Source of the DNA: Octopus vulgaris
Taxonomy: Eukaryota
Length of the DNA stretch: 64,000 bases
Assembly (NCBI GenBank): GCA_951406725.2
Contig: OX597816.1
Location: forward strand, 116,684,001 to 116,748,000
Direction of reading: 5' to 3'
Of this stretch, positions 43,720 to 57,759 are shown piece after piece; within the stretch, counting starts at the first letter, position 1; each line of letters opens with the position of its first letter. Below the pieces are notes generated by a model. That model had not been told where the DNA came from. It made no database searches and was given only the letters and a program-made list of their open reading frames with translations. Made by a program: the position numbers and the translations under genes.

Positions 43720-45000
43720 AGTTTGGTTGTTTCTTGTCTGATATGCATCTGTATGTCTACTGAGTCTTGTGGATCTGTATTCTTGTATTTCAGTTTAAAA
43801 TCTATACTATGTTGTGTGGACGTGAGATATTTCCCGCCTGACCAATGTAATGTTCTTCATATCCTGAACACGTTAAAGCATAGATTAGGTTTGCAGATGC
43901 ATGTGAAGTTATTTTTTATTGTGAAGAGTCGTCCTTGTTGGAAACGGATTTCTAATCCTCCTCTCGGATTAAAACATGTACTACAGTTGTACTTCCGCAT
44001 TCTTTTGTGTTGATTTTGTTATTATATCAAGTTTGGTCTTTTAGATTTTTTCGTTAATTTGGATTGTCTATTATTCTTTATTATGGTATGTGTTTGGAGG
44101 ATTTGGTTTTGTCTGGAATGTTTTCTCAGTAATGGTATGTTTTGAATAAGAAGTTGTGAGCCTCATTGTTTGGGGGATTGTAGATGGAGATATATGGTAG
44201 GGCATTCAATTCCGATTTATTTATTCATTTTGTTTGTCTTTGTTCATGAATACTGAATTTCTTGGCTCTTGTATTCCATAATCAATTAAGGATGGTAAGT
44301 TATTCCTGCCAATGAATGTATCCTTCAGTTCTTGGAGTCTTGTGTCATGGATGTTTGTATCGGATACTATTGCACAAATCATTTTAGCTATGTTATAAGG
44401 AACATTAATTCTGGTATGTTTCAGATGAAATGAAATGAATGAAAACCGGACATTTACTATCAACATACGGAGGTTAATATTAAATGCCCGTCTCTATTTG
44501 ATTGTTAACTTTATAAGGATGTCAAAAACAGGAGTTGGTTATGGCTATATTCCATGGAGAAATGAATATTTTTATTAATTCTATTGAGGAGTATTGCAAT
44601 TTTTTTTCTTTATGCATTCATTCTATAGAACAAAGCAATCGTCGAGGTACCTTTCCTAGATTTCTTGTATGTACATAGAGAAAGTTTTCAAATTTCCCTA
44701 GTGTTTTCTTTTTTGGTTTAGCATAACGTAATTTCTAGGTAACCAAAACTAGATTCGCGAAGGAGGAGGTTGTTTTAGTCCTCATAGACCCAGATTTTCC
44801 TCGAAAATGTTGTCATTGAATATAAAGTAATTATTTTCTAGAATAATTTTTAGTCTAATTATAAATTCTATTTTTATGCAATGGAGCAGTTCACCTGTAT
44901 AATTATCCAACCAAAGTTTATTGGCTATCGAAATAGGAAGCTGCTTAGCTAAAAATATAAATACAGTCTTGCTTTTTTCCATGATAAAGTTCTCAAATAA
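43720..45000 (-). pseudogene. Penelope-like element RT plus GIY-YIG remnant
   Basis: LKIILENNYFIFND, FANLV.GYLE, RYLDDCF (forward GCAATCGTCGAGGTACC), HLKHTRINVPYNIAKMIC, and a YIGQ-like segment; many stops. Confidence 0.8.
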
Positions 45001-45301
45001 TTCTCTTCTTTTTAGTTTTAGTTTTCAATATAAATACTTTCGTACAAAATCTCTTAGCCTTATACATACCATATATACATACATACATACACATATATAT
45101 ACATATATCTACACACATATATATATATATATATAAATATATATGTATTATATGTGTATATACACACATACACATATACAAACATCTATACATACACACA
45201 TGCACACACAATACATACATGCACACACACATGCACACATACACACTCACGCATACACACATACATACACACAGGTGTCTTTCCCATCCTGCAAGCAATT
45301 G

Positions 45302-45332
<31 letters not shown>

Positions 45333-45399
45333 CCTCCCTGTTATTCCAGTGGCAGTGAACATTCATACCGAATGGGCAGGGAATCCTCTATAACCAGTC

Positions 45400-45650
45400 T
45401 CGAGTGGGAATCATCATATCTCCCATATTTTCTCCATGTAATCGAGTAAAAGTTACTCCTTAACTATTCCTAGGATGCATGCCAATGACTGGCTCTTCTT
45501 CTGAAAACAATAAGATACTTCAGTCTTCAACAATAATTGATTACAAAGCTCAGGTAAAACCTACAATGGAGTATTGCTTTCAGGTGTGGGATGGAGATAC
45601 TGCAGAAAATACAAACATCTCACAAAAGTGCTACCCATCTGATTTGTATA
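45400..45650 (+). pseudogene. CR1/L2-like LINE fragment (post-RT region)
   Basis: YKAQVKPTMEYCFQVWDG matches the Y..xVRPxLEY...W motif. Confidence 0.6.
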
Positions 45651-46129
45651 AAAATCAATCTCATGTATGATCCAATCTCCATCATCAATTACAGTTACTG
45701 TCATCACCATCACTATCACTGCTATCACCATAATCATCACCATCGCCTCTACTGTAACAATTACCATCATTACCAGCGCCAACACCGCCGCAACAAAGAC
45801 AACAGCAGTAGTTACCATAATCGTCATCGCAACCAACACAGTTACCAGAAGTCCACTAGTGCCATAACTGAGCTATTTCCCTAGAGTCCATGAAGTTCTT
45901 GTAGGCCAGTGACGCTGATGCCATTCCCTTCGCTAAGTGACTAAGGAAATTAGAGATGCCCTAATTTTAAAGCTTAGAGGAATTCCCAACCATTTTTAGA
46001 GGTGTCTGTAAATTTGTCTCTCTACTTCTATACTTATCATAGGAACCTCATACAGTCGACAACGAAAGTGGCTCATGTCCATTGCCTCAGAAATTGTCCA
46101 AATCTGTAGGGCCATACTTTAATCTGAAC

Positions 46130-46950
46130 TCAACTTGACAGGTCTATAGGAAAGGTCACTGTAACTGTAGCTATTAATATACCTCTTGAATAATTGCTTC
46201 GTAATTCTTACAACGAAAAGATTCCAGAGAGCCAACATTCTGGGAAGGAAGAACTGGGTATAGTGTGGGAGCTGCATAGTTAAACAAAGAAGAATCTTTA
46301 AAGAAAGAGATGCGAGTGAGACTGAAGTACCTGTATGGAAGGGAAATGAGTCCAACCAGTTCCGAGGAACAGAGACCACTACGATACTGATGGAGAAGAC
46401 AGAGATCAACGTGAGTGATTTTACGTCAGTGAATGATTTCCGTAAGTCAATTAGATGGTTCTTTTCTGGATGTTGTCTAGGATGTCTGTGTGTCCAGCAG
46501 AACTGTCACAGATATGAGGGCAATAATTCATGGTGGGTCTCAACTGGGCTTTGTAGAGGATTGGTAAATTTTGAAAACTGGAGTGTCTTTTGACTTTGAA
46601 AAGAGTTAACCGTTGGGATGCGGTCGAAGCTGTGTCAAGGATGTATTTTTGTCAGAATAAATCTTCTGTGAAAATGAAGTCCAACTTTCTGAGCAATTGC
46701 AAGGGCTTCACCGATACAAGAGATTTCAGATGGGTAGAGCCCGTACGAGAACAATTTCGATAGTAAATTTGCATGCCAGGCACGGTCGAAAGCTTTGCTG
46801 ATGTCGAAGACAAAGATATTACTTTAACCAAATTTCTCCAATGCGAGAGCACATAGTAAGTGACACTGGGGACACACAAACCTGAAGTAGAAGTGCAGCA
46901 GAGAAGTTATGCTGTTGGAGAGGTTTCGAATGTCGATGAAAGGACTTTGA
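46130..46950 (-). pseudogene. CR1/L2-like LINE RT remnant, internally deleted
   Basis: Minus strand FDISKAFDRAWHANLLSKLFSYG, and C-terminal HYTQFFLPRMLALWNL. Confidence 0.75.
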
Positions 46951-47232
46951 CAAACCTAGTTGCTTGTTTGGCTGACAGAACGATTAATCAAACAATCAAT
47001 CAGGTAATTAATTAAATGGTTAACCAATAAACAAATAAAGAAGTGAAATAGAACCAGTGTATGTGTGTATTATTGGCATAATAACCTTCCCGAGATACAA
47101 CAGTAATGTATATATGTATATTATCTGTTAATTGTCCATCAGTCAGAAAAACAAGCATACACGATACAGTATAGAGCGGGAATACTTTTATATCGTCAAT
47201 TAATATACTGCTGGCAATGGCATATAACTGGT

Positions 47233-47469
47233 CGGAGTAGTGAGCTGGCAGAAACGTTAGTACGCCGGGCGAAATGCGTAGCCGTATTTCGTCTGCCGTT
47301 ACGTTCTGAGTTCAAATTCCGCCGAGGTCGACTTTGCCTTTCATCCTTTCGGGGTCGATAAATTAAGTACCAGTTACGCACTGGGGTCAATGTAATCGAC
47401 TTAATCCGTTTGTCTGTCTTTGTTTGTCTCCTCTGTGTTTAGCCCCTTGTGGGTAGTAGAGAAATAGGT
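47233..47469 (+). mobile_element. SINE family C, well preserved (resembles tRNA-derived octopus SINEs)
   Basis: GAGCTGGCAGAAACGTTAG (A box), GAGTTCAAATTCC (B box), CpG-rich, tail AGCCCCTTGTGGGTAGTAGAGAAATAGG. Confidence 0.85.
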
Positions 47470-47639
47470 TTTACTCCGAATATCACCACTAAACAATATT
47501 GACAACTCTTCAGACGTGCTTGCCGGAAGAGCATAGTTTCTTTTATGAGAGTATAGAATGATTTAGTGGTAACAAAAGTTTGAACTGGAAGCATTGAAAG
47601 TACCATTGCAGTATAGTTAAGAAGATTACTTTTCAACCT

Positions 47640-47814
47640 TATGGTCTCATTGCGTCGTACCTTGGGTGTCTTCTACTATAGCCCCGGACCGTCTAATGCC
47701 TTTAAATTTGGAAGATGGAATCCGAAAGAAGCCGTCGTATATATGTATATATATGTGCGTGTGTGTGTGTGAGTGTGTGTGTGTGTATGTGTGTGTGTGT
47801 GTGTGTTTGTGCGC

Positions 47815-47883
<69 letters not shown>

Positions 47884-48100
47884 CGAATTATTGTTTCCTT
47901 GTCTCGACATTCCATGATTGCTGTAAACGAGTGTCACCGCCGTGAAAACGGTGCCCAGTGATTCAAGTCTTGCCATTGAGAAAACAGTAACTTCCTCAGA
48001 AACAGGCGGGGGTTAGCGACAGGACGGGTAAACGTCATAACGAATTCCGTCTGATCCATACGAACATGGAAAAGTGGAAGTCAAAAAGATGACGATAATG
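47640..48100 (+). mobile_element. SINE with family A head and alternative tail (ACATGGAAAAGTGGA..(ATG)n)
   Basis: Head GTGTCTTCTACTATAGCCCCGG...GAAAGAAGCCGTCG; tail shared with 8530-8762. Confidence 0.7.
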
Positions 48101-48201
48101 ATGTGTGTTCATGTATGTGTCATTGGGCGTGCTTATATATTTATACACCAACACACATACACACGTTTGGGTAGGTATATATATGTATGTATGTATGTAT
48201 G

Positions 48202-48233
<32 letters not shown>

Positions 48234-49072
48234 TGTATGTATGTATGTATGTATGTATGTGGAGATATAAATATATACATGTATATATATATATGTATGT
48301 ACGTATTTATGCAAGCATGTATTTATTTAATTTGAAAATAGTACGTATGTGTCTGCATGCACGTGTACACGTATGCATAAATACATCACCGTCTAAAAAA
48401 AGAATTAACTAGCACCAACACCACCACAATCACCATAAAAGAAGTTCAATTTTATAGAATCTTATATGATCTAAAATATATCGTAAAATTTTTTAATAAG
48501 AACTTATTGATTCAAAAACTATGAATTGTCTTAGAGGTGGTAAAAAACCCCTCTAGATTTATTTATAGAATACAATTGAAGTTATTTGATGTTCAATTAA
48601 ATCATAGCAAAAAACATAGTGTTGTAGTTTGTGTTTGTGTTTTTCATTGTTACTTTTGTTGAATTATTATTATTATTATTATTTGTTGTTGTTGTTGTTG
48701 CTTATATCAAAGAGAAGCCCACTATTATATGCGATGTTTATATTTTTGTAGGAAAAACTTACCTTCTATACCTGTCCAGACAGACACACAAAAACACTTA
48801 GCAAAACATATGCACACACGCACCACCACCCCACACACATACACACATGTACGCACACATATGCACACATATACACACAAGGACTACACACATGCTCGCA
48901 CGCACATACATACACATGCAAACATACATACTTTTCTGTTTACTTTTTAAAACAAAATTACCAAAACAGAAAATAACAAAAACACATACATATATGCATG
49001 TGAGAGTGTATGTGTATGCATAGCATTCATGTCACATATATATATTACACACAAGCACACACATATACATAT

Positions 49073-49145
<73 letters not shown>

Positions 49146-49754
49146 TATATATATAGTGAGGGATAGTATATGTGTGCGTGCAGTTACATAAATAGCTATG
49201 TGCGCATATAGGTGTTTATCTCTGTATGTGTGGCAGTGGGGTTGCATGACTCACAGAAATGGGAACATGAACATGTAAATACACATTTTATTTAGTTATA
49301 AATGGAAGCATACACCTTTTTATACACTTGTTTACATTTTCTCCTTCACATGCATACATACATGGACTCATGTTCATCTACACACTGCTCTATGTGTTTC
49401 TATGATTTTCAAAATACTTGTATCTATATGTGACGTGTGTGTTGGTGCTTCCGTCTAAGTGTGAATATAATATGCACAGATGTGTAGTGGGGATGTACAT
49501 GTGTTCTGTATAGGAAAGCAGGTGGTTAGGTTTTGTGAATATTTATTTTGCTATGAATATACTTATTCTTTATGGATTAAAGATCCTGCTTTCACTTTCA
49601 ACATACTTCTTTTCTTCGTGATATATCTGTGCATATGTATATATATATATGTGGGGGGGGCTCATGTAGGTATGTGGGCTTGTGTTTGTGTATGGGCGTG
49701 TGCATGTATATATTATGTATATATATATATATATGTATAGTATATATGTGTGTG

Positions 49755-49788
<34 letters not shown>

Positions 49789-50788
49789 ACATACTATACT
49801 TACATTTATATATACATATACTTAAATATATATCTTAATCTTCTGATATATATATATGTATATATATATATATTATAGAATCGTATATAAAAACATCAAT
49901 GCACACACACACACAGTTCTTGCATTGATGTTTTCATATACGATTCTATAAATTTTTATTTCTCCTTTTGCGGTGGTTGTGGTGGTGGTGGTGGTGGTGG
50001 CGATAGTGATAGTGGTAGTGAAGGTGCTGGAACTGGTTAATTCTTAACCAAGGTGCTGATGTACACATACATAGATGCATACATTCATACAAATATGTAT
50101 ACATCCGTGCACATAAGCATCCATACATATATGCATGCATACTTATATACATACATGCTTGTATACATACCGACATTAGTACATGCATACATGAATAATC
50201 GTATCTATTTACATGTTTTTAAATGTTGCAAACCATTGAAATAAATCATTGAACAACAGACGCCCTTTTAAAAACCATTCACTTTGTGTTTTCAAGCTAT
50301 CAAAAATAGTTTGCCTCACCTGAATATTTTTGGGGTTTTTTTTTTACTGTTTCTCTCTTTAAATCTTTCTTGTATTTTATTTGTGTAAATTAGTCAAACT
50401 AAAAAGAAAAAATATATAACAAAAAGCAAGAAGCAAGAAATATAAAAAAGAGCTTAGTAACATATTTGTATACTCTAAATTTAAACTTTCATAAAACCCT
50501 TATATGTGTGTGTGTGTGTGTGTGTGTGTTTGTATCATATATTGATATATGCATATATACATATATGTTCATACCTACATATATATAAGTATGTATATAT
50601 ACATGCATATATGGGTACAGGACATCAAGAAAACATGAACAAATGAGAAACGAGAACATAAAAAAACAAAAACGTAGAAAACGAACTTTCTTTCGAGCAA
50701 CGAAAGAAACAAATAGAAAAACGAGACAGGTAACATAACGAACATTCCCTTTATCAGTTGTCCCCTGTGGTATCTACTCCATGTTTCG

Positions 50789-50824
<36 letters not shown>

Positions 50825-51080
50825 TATATATATACATTTCTTTACATTATGGTCATTTAATCTTTTACTGGTTCTGACCCAATGAACTATGAATACACCA
50901 GAGCACTGAATAATAATAATGAATTCTTTAATTTGCCACCAGGGCGAAGGAAGTGGGGGACAACAATACAAAGTCAGAAATAAAGCGTGGGTGTCTACAT
51001 ATAATGTAATGAAATCATAAAAGTGTGTGTGTGTGTGGTGCATTACACACACACACACACACACACATTATATATATATA

Positions 51081-51125
<45 letters not shown>

Positions 51126-51144
51126 GCATTTCGTTAGGGACATA

Positions 51145-52303
51145 TCTCTCTATATATATAAACGGCAGTTTGTCTGTCTGTGTGTCTGTCAGGTTGTACC
51201 CTCACCCTGACCACGGCTTTCAACCGATTCTGTTGAAACTTGACACACACATAGCCCAATGTCATAATTCAAAACTAACGCAGCGAAAATTTTGAAAAGT
51301 TCCTCCAGTTCTGAAAACAATCGATAAATTCGACATGGAGTCGAGAATCTAAGCTTTTTATATGCAACACATTTTCTGTTGTAGTTTTCGCAACTTGCAA
51401 TCGATTTTCACCAAACTCATGGTGAAGCTTAATATTACCCTAAGAAACTTAATTCTGACGTTAGTTTTCCATGCAATACCTTACCATCAGAAGAAATCGA
51501 TAAAATCATGCTATTTTGGGAAATCGCGTTCAAATTCAAGATGACATATTTTCGACAATATCTTTCACAAATTGGCAGGAATTTTTTTTTTTAATTCACA
51601 GCGAGCATCATGTCTGCTCCAAGGAGCTATATGGCCGTTTTTATAACAATAGGATACATTATTTCTGGAAAAATTCGGTTAATTAAATCATATGTGGCAC
51701 ACATAGTAAACCGATTTGTGTATTAAACACAAAACCACAGACTGTCTATGGGACGCAACTCGACCTTTTTAACTCTCGGAACACGTGGGGTAAGTATCCC
51801 AAAATGTATAAAAATGTACAAAAACGGCTAAAAAGCTAGCAGCAATGTGAGTGACAACAACGAAAAAGTCAAAAGTGACCAAACTGAACAAACGAATGGA
51901 AAAGGTTTTTTGGTGCACACGACAAAAGCGGTTTATAATAAACCAAGAGTTTGCAAGTTGCGTCCGAGGACCCTTAGGGTACGTCAAAAATTTAAGGTAA
52001 AACGTTTGGGGTGGTAGTTATAGAGAAAGTTTAAACAAAAAAGTATTCGAATAACTTGCGGCTGCAGCAGCTATTAGCAGAAGTAACGGTGTTGGGGGTA
52101 CAGTCTCGAATGTAATTTCTTCCTGGTAGGAATTGGTTGGGTTGAATTATCGATAGCTGTTTGATAGTTATTTGGGAGTGAAGAGAAGACATTGCAACCT
52201 ACACATGCGCCTTCGTTCCCTAGAGGGATAGGACTAGATTGGGATTAGTCGTTGCCTACTAGGGGCTCTTAAATACCCGGGCAACGCCGGGCTATGCTGC
52301 TAG
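51145..52303 (+). mobile_element. Non-autonomous Helitron
   Basis: A|TC start, (TGTC)n near the 5' end, subterminal hairpin CCCGG-GCAACG-CCGGG (52276-52291), CTAG|T end, no TSD. Confidence 0.85.
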
Positions 52304-52619
52304 TTAGAGTATAAAATAGAGCTTCTTCACAATTAGAATTACCAAATAGCCGGTTGGATGTGTTAGCATCAAAGCCAAAGATTTGCTTATGGGGGCTGCG
52401 ATTATATATCAGCTGAGGAGATACAACTGGATCCCATCATACAGGTAAACCGTTGCTTAATTTAAATCCTGTGTATATGTGGATCTATGTTGTATCCGAA
52501 CGTATAGTGTTTATTAAATAGCTGTCTAAACGTACTCCTTCCTGTTGACTCTATTTATTCAATTTATATATATCGTCGCACTCGCCCGCCACTAATTCTC
52601 TATATAATGGCTAAAGTGG

Positions 52620-54520
52620 ATCATCCACGGAACTCTTGACTCGGGACTGCAGCTCCGTCAAGGATACGAGCTGCAGAAAGATGTGCATCCCAAATGGAAC
52701 TTATACACATTCATCGTCTAGAAATCGTTGCCGGTTGAGCAACCTGAAGAAAGCTTTAGTCCCAGCCTTCCCTATGATGTATCGCATAACGTCTGGGTTG
52801 TCGTGGATAGACCTCTTTGGGATCGCACAGCTTTGCACTTCCCCGACCAGACTACCAAGACAAGCGCCAGCCTTTTCGCTAACCTCTAGGCCAAAATTTT
52901 AAACTTTGTGTTTAGCAGTGTTATGGGCTGAAAATTCCCTACTACGTCCCCATTGTCGGCGCCCTTCCTCAACATTGTTACCAACCCCAGCTAACAGCAC
53001 TAGGAATTCTCCCGTTCTGCTACCAGTTACGATAGACATCTACCAGGAGACCGCCAAATAAACTTCGTAAGAAATCAAAGAATTCATACGGCAGCCCATC
53101 TAAACCGAGTATTTTGCGGCTTGTGCAAACGTCCATCACCTCCCGTGTTTCAGTGGCCGTTATCAGCTTTTTGGAGAACATCACGACCGCTGCTGAGAGT
53201 CGCGGCAGGCCGACAAGACATGAACTAAAGCGTTACTGTCAATCCATTGCCCTCCCCCAAACAGCCGTACGGTGAATGTGTCGGCATTTTTGTTAGTGTA
53301 GGTGATGGATTGTAAACACGTAGATTTTCCTTGTCTTGTCTTTTGGCTTTTAGCTTTTTAGAGTTGTTCTTTCATTTTTTCTGCGACACAAGCTTTTTGT
53401 GATGGATTCAATTCCTCTTCGTCGCACGATAACATTTCTAAATTCACAGTGTCAAGAGTAAATGGTATATTTGAATTGTTAGTTTGTACAGATAGTTGAG
53501 TACTGTTACCTTCCGCTACTACAATTGTAGGTGTCGTTGTAGTAGAATTCTGCTGCTGAGGTTGTTGTTTTCATAGATAGTTGTTGCTGCAGGTATTGTT
53601 GTTGCAACTTTTTGTAATGTTTTTGTGGTGGTGGAGGTAACAGAGCAGACATTTATTTAGCTCCCTTTTATTGTTATTGGTGGACAGAGGACTTTTAAAT
53701 GCGAGTTAAACCCTCGAGTGTGGAATCACAGTTTTCTGCCTTCCACCACAATTTGGAGTTGTACTCCGTTTGGCAGCTCAATGAGGACGGGGATCTTCTC
53801 AAGAGATTCCGGTTTTTATCTGGATCAAAATCTCAACCCAATTCCAGGCCAGTTTTCCTTACGATATTTTTTAATATCCAGAAGCGCAACTGGACCTTCG
53901 ACCACTACACACGCAACCACCACCAGATGCTTGATTCAGGTGGCACGTCTGAAATTTTCCTCTTCACCACACGCTGACCAAAGTATGTGGAGAGGAGAAG
54001 GGGATCCTTGTGTTTGCACCGAGCCACTGAATGTTTTTCGAGCAGTGCTCCTTTGAAGAACACTACTTCCACAGAACCACATAGCTTCCTCATGTGAGAA
54101 ACACTATGTCTTTCAAGCACTTTCTGTACTTGGATGAGTGATACACTGAAAATTTTCAGTTCTTTAGCGACACACGTCTGTAAACAGTGGTTGTTATGGC
54201 AGTCTTTTCTATCAAATCTGAAAGGATAGCAAGCTTAGTTTTTCTATCCTTTTATTATGGAGTTATCTCTTGCAGGTATGTGTGCTTTACTTCCAAGCAG
54301 ATTTGATCCTGCAAGGGACTTGTTTTTATTGCTGTTGACACTATTGTTGTTGTTGTTGTCGTTGTCGTTGCTATTACTGTTCTTGTCGTTGCTGGTGTTT
54401 GTCGAAGCCAAAGCAAAGCTGTCGCTAATGACGATGTTCATGCTAGTGACCGAAGTAACCGGCTACCTGATAACAGCTCGAAAAGAGCTGTTACATTACT
54501 TCACTGGTAGTGAACAGCTG
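52620..54520 (-). mobile_element. L1/Tx1-like LINE remnant (5' UTR, ORF1, deleted ORF2 with RT motifs)
   Basis: FQPITLLNTKFKILA..LAKRL and QSCAIPKRSIHDNPDVMRYII (L1 RT); ORF1 ending IVVEGRK..H..GFNSHLKVLCP (degenerate zinc knuckle). Confidence 0.75.
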
Positions 54521-54566
54521 ACACTGTAGTACATCTGCAGTGTTAGAAGCTGAGCAAAGACAATAA

Positions 54567-54632
<66 letters not shown>

Positions 54633-54636
<4 letters not shown>

Positions 54637-55010
54637 GCTTTCTAATTGATATATCAATACCAGCGGATGACAACGTTTCTCTAAAAGAAATGGAGAAACT
54701 TTCAAAATACAAAAACCTGGAAATAGAGGTAACTCGAATGTGGAATCTAAAAACAGAAACAATTTCTATCATAGCAGGCGCATTAGGTATGATAAAAAAT
54801 ATTCAGACAAATACATAACAAAAACACCAGGACTTACAAATATATATAACATACAGAAAATTGCACTACTGAGCACTGCACACATCCTACGCAAAACGGT
54901 TTCAATACAGTAACCATAAGAGCATCACAACAAACCACAGCACGTACCCAAGGCACACAGAGCTGCGCTCGGTCGTGAAGTGAAAACACGCTATAAAAAT
55001 AAAACTACCG
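54633..55010 (+). mobile_element. R4/Dong 5'-truncated copy (RLE end plus 3' UTR) in (TAA)n
   Basis: KCFLIDISIPADDNVSLKEMEKLSKYKNLEIEVTRMWNLKTETI; near-identical to the reverse of 59974-60352; (TAA)n on both sides. Confidence 0.92.
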
Positions 55011-55019
55011 AATAATAAT

Positions 55020-55094
<75 letters not shown>

Positions 55095-55929
55095 AAGAAG
55101 AAGAAGAAGAAGAAGAAGAAGAAGAAGAAGAAGAAGAAGAAGAACAACAACAACAACAACAACAACAACAGCAGCAGCAGCAGCCGCAGCAACGGCAAAG
55201 AGATATGGAAAATACAAAGAAATATTAAACAGTGGGTTTAACAGTGTTGGGTAAACAGGTAATTTACAAAAGAATGATGGAAGGGGTAAAAACCGCTATA
55301 GCATATATAATCTGATAAATTAATTTATAAAAGAAAATTTTTACATGGAAGTAAATAAAAAAGTGTGATAAAACAAGATATTTATATAAAACTTAAACTT
55401 CCACTTACGTTGATCAGGGCACCCCATATTCCTGATCATGCTTCAATCATGTTACCCACTTGTATTATTCAAGGCTGGGGATTCTAAACATTTCTGTGAG
55501 GAGACCTTGTTTTATGCAGAGCAAGTGAGGGACCACTTCTCCTGGATCATAGAACTTTTTTCTATTATTCTTATCCTGCTGAAAATATAAGCCCATTTCC
55601 TTCTCGATCTGTACTTTATTTGGATATTCTTTGTGTGATGTATAACCAATAAATCTTGGTTATGCATTACAATCAAAGAAACTAATTTCTAGTCATAGTC
55701 CTAAATAGAAAAGCGTCTTATAGTGTTATCCATGATAGTCTTGACTCAACGTACGTTATTCCAAATGGCCGTTCTATCTCTGCCTTTCATGTCAAATGCG
55801 CATGCTCTTTATATCGAGGGAAGTCACTCGAATCCTGGCACAATTTGCATAACAGTTACAAATTGCTATTATAAATTGAACACCGTACAATTTGCATAAC
55901 ACTCACTCCCTCCTAGAAAGAGAAAGAAA

Positions 55930-57700
55930 GAAAAAATCATAGATAAGCCTTTCCAGGGCTTTCCGGATCCTTTGAGATCGACGTAGCTGAGGGGATTCTT
56001 CAGTTTGTTCTTGGTGGTAATCTCTAGGAGGCGAAGAAATTTCAGTTGACTCTCTGTTTGGCTCTTGAGGGACAAGTGTTTGAGTTAAGTTATCAGTTAA
56101 GTTAATCTTTCATGGTGATGCCAATTGTTTTGTGGATACTGTGGTTTCGCGACCGTCTGGGTAACAGACGTGAGCGTATTGGGGGTTGGCTTCGATTAAA
56201 TCAACTTGTTCCACAATAGGGTTATACTTGTTAGTGCGATTGTTCCTTTGAACAAGCACAGGTCAAGAGTTAAGAAGCCATGTTGGCATAGACGTTCCTG
56301 TTGCTGAACGTCTTTGATAGTTAAAAAGACGTTCATGAGGAGTGGCGTTAGTGGACCTAGAAAATAGAGACCTGATTGAATGCAACGCGTCTAAAAGAAC
56401 TGTTTCGCATGAAGATACTGGAAGGGCACGAGTTTTCAAAGAGAGTAGTACTGATTTCCAAATAATACCATTATATCTTTCTACTTGGCTGTTCCAGGTG
56501 AGATTGTATGGTGTCGTTCTACTCGTTGCAATGCCCTTACTGAGGAGCCATTCTCTCAATCTTGTAGACATAAAGGCAGTTCCATGATCGGAATGTACAG
56601 AACTAGACATACCAAAGACTGAGAACGAGTCTGTAAGACACTTTAGTACAGTCTGAGCCGATGTGTCAGCTACTGGATAACCAAACGGAAACCGAGAGTA
56701 TTTGTCAATTATTGTTAGGAGATAAGGATGCTTCATGGAAGGAATAGGACATTTGAAATCGATGGAAATTCGCTCGAAGGGCTGCATGGCTTTAATTAAG
56801 TTAATTGAGTTTGGTTTATGATATGTTTATGACATATAGAGCAATTCCTACATATTTGTTTCACGTTCTCTAACGAATATGGAAGATATCTACTGCGGAC
56901 GAAATGATGAAGGATGGCACAGTGCTGCATGGCACAGTGCTGCATGGCACAGTGCTGCATGGCACAGTGCTGCATGGCACAGTGCTGCATGGCACAGTGC
57001 TGCATGTAACTCATAAAGGATGGCACAGTGCTGCATGTAACTCATAAAGTGAATGTGAAGTGATTGTTGAACGGCGTACCCTCGTGAATGCATCCAGAGC
57101 GAGGTTGCTGGATCCTGGGCGATAGTGAATATCATCAGATTATGGAGATAACGCAATGCGCCATCTCATAATTTTATCCTTTTTAATTTTACCCGGCGCT
57201 TTATAATTATACATGAATGCAACACAACGGTAATCAGTAATTAATGTAAAATGTCTACCTAGAAGAAAGTGTCTCCAATTATGAATTGATTCGATAATTG
57301 CTTCCTTTTCAACTGAGTAGTACTGTTCGCTACCTTGTAGCGTGCGAGAATGGAATGCGACTCGTCTTCCATCTTGATTTAGCATCGCAGATATAATAAA
57401 ATCCGAAGCATCCGTCTCAACAGTAAACGGAATGTTCTCATCTATTATTTGAATGGCAGCATTGGCTAGTTCTACCTTTAATGACTTAAATGCTTTTACT
57501 TGTTGGCTGTTTAGAGGAAATTTTAATACGTTATTTAGAGGATATATTTTGTCAGAAAATTTGGAGATCCACTTAGCATAATAAGAAAACATCCCGACTA
57601 TTCGTTTTAATGATTTCTGGTCAGTTGGTATAGGAAGATTGAGGAGTAGAGCAAGCCTTTCTGTGTGAGATATAGTATCGAAGAATTTGCATAACATTTT
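55930..57700 (-). pseudogene. Ty3/Gypsy pol remnant (RT end, RNase H, integrase)
   Basis: LKRIVGMFSYYAKWI, VETDASD, FTLITD, PFERISIDFK, VHSDHGTAFMS, TTPYN..NSQVERYN, LRRSQRIRK; purine tract AGGAGGGAGTGAG near 55902-55914. Confidence 0.9.
56914..57049. repeat. 15-bp tandem repeat (ATGGCACAGTGCTGC)x6 plus a 31-bp duplication
   Basis: Directly visible inside the integrase zinc-finger codons. Confidence 0.95.
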
Positions 57701-57759
57701 GTGTATATCATACAGAAGTAACGAAGTTTCATTACAGGTTTGTTGTTCATGCAAACTGC

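Noticed and set aside
47233-47325. tRNA gene
   Set aside because: A/B boxes continue into a SINE body and no clean cloverleaf forms; the same holds for the other SINE heads.
50735-50792. Hammerhead-like pieces (minus GAAAC...CTGATAA)
   Set aside because: Core is mutated and no consistent stems could be drawn; possibly a pLTR fragment.
55195-55790. Possible L1/Tx1 3' remnant or Gypsy LTR
   Set aside because: Similarity too weak to assign by eye.
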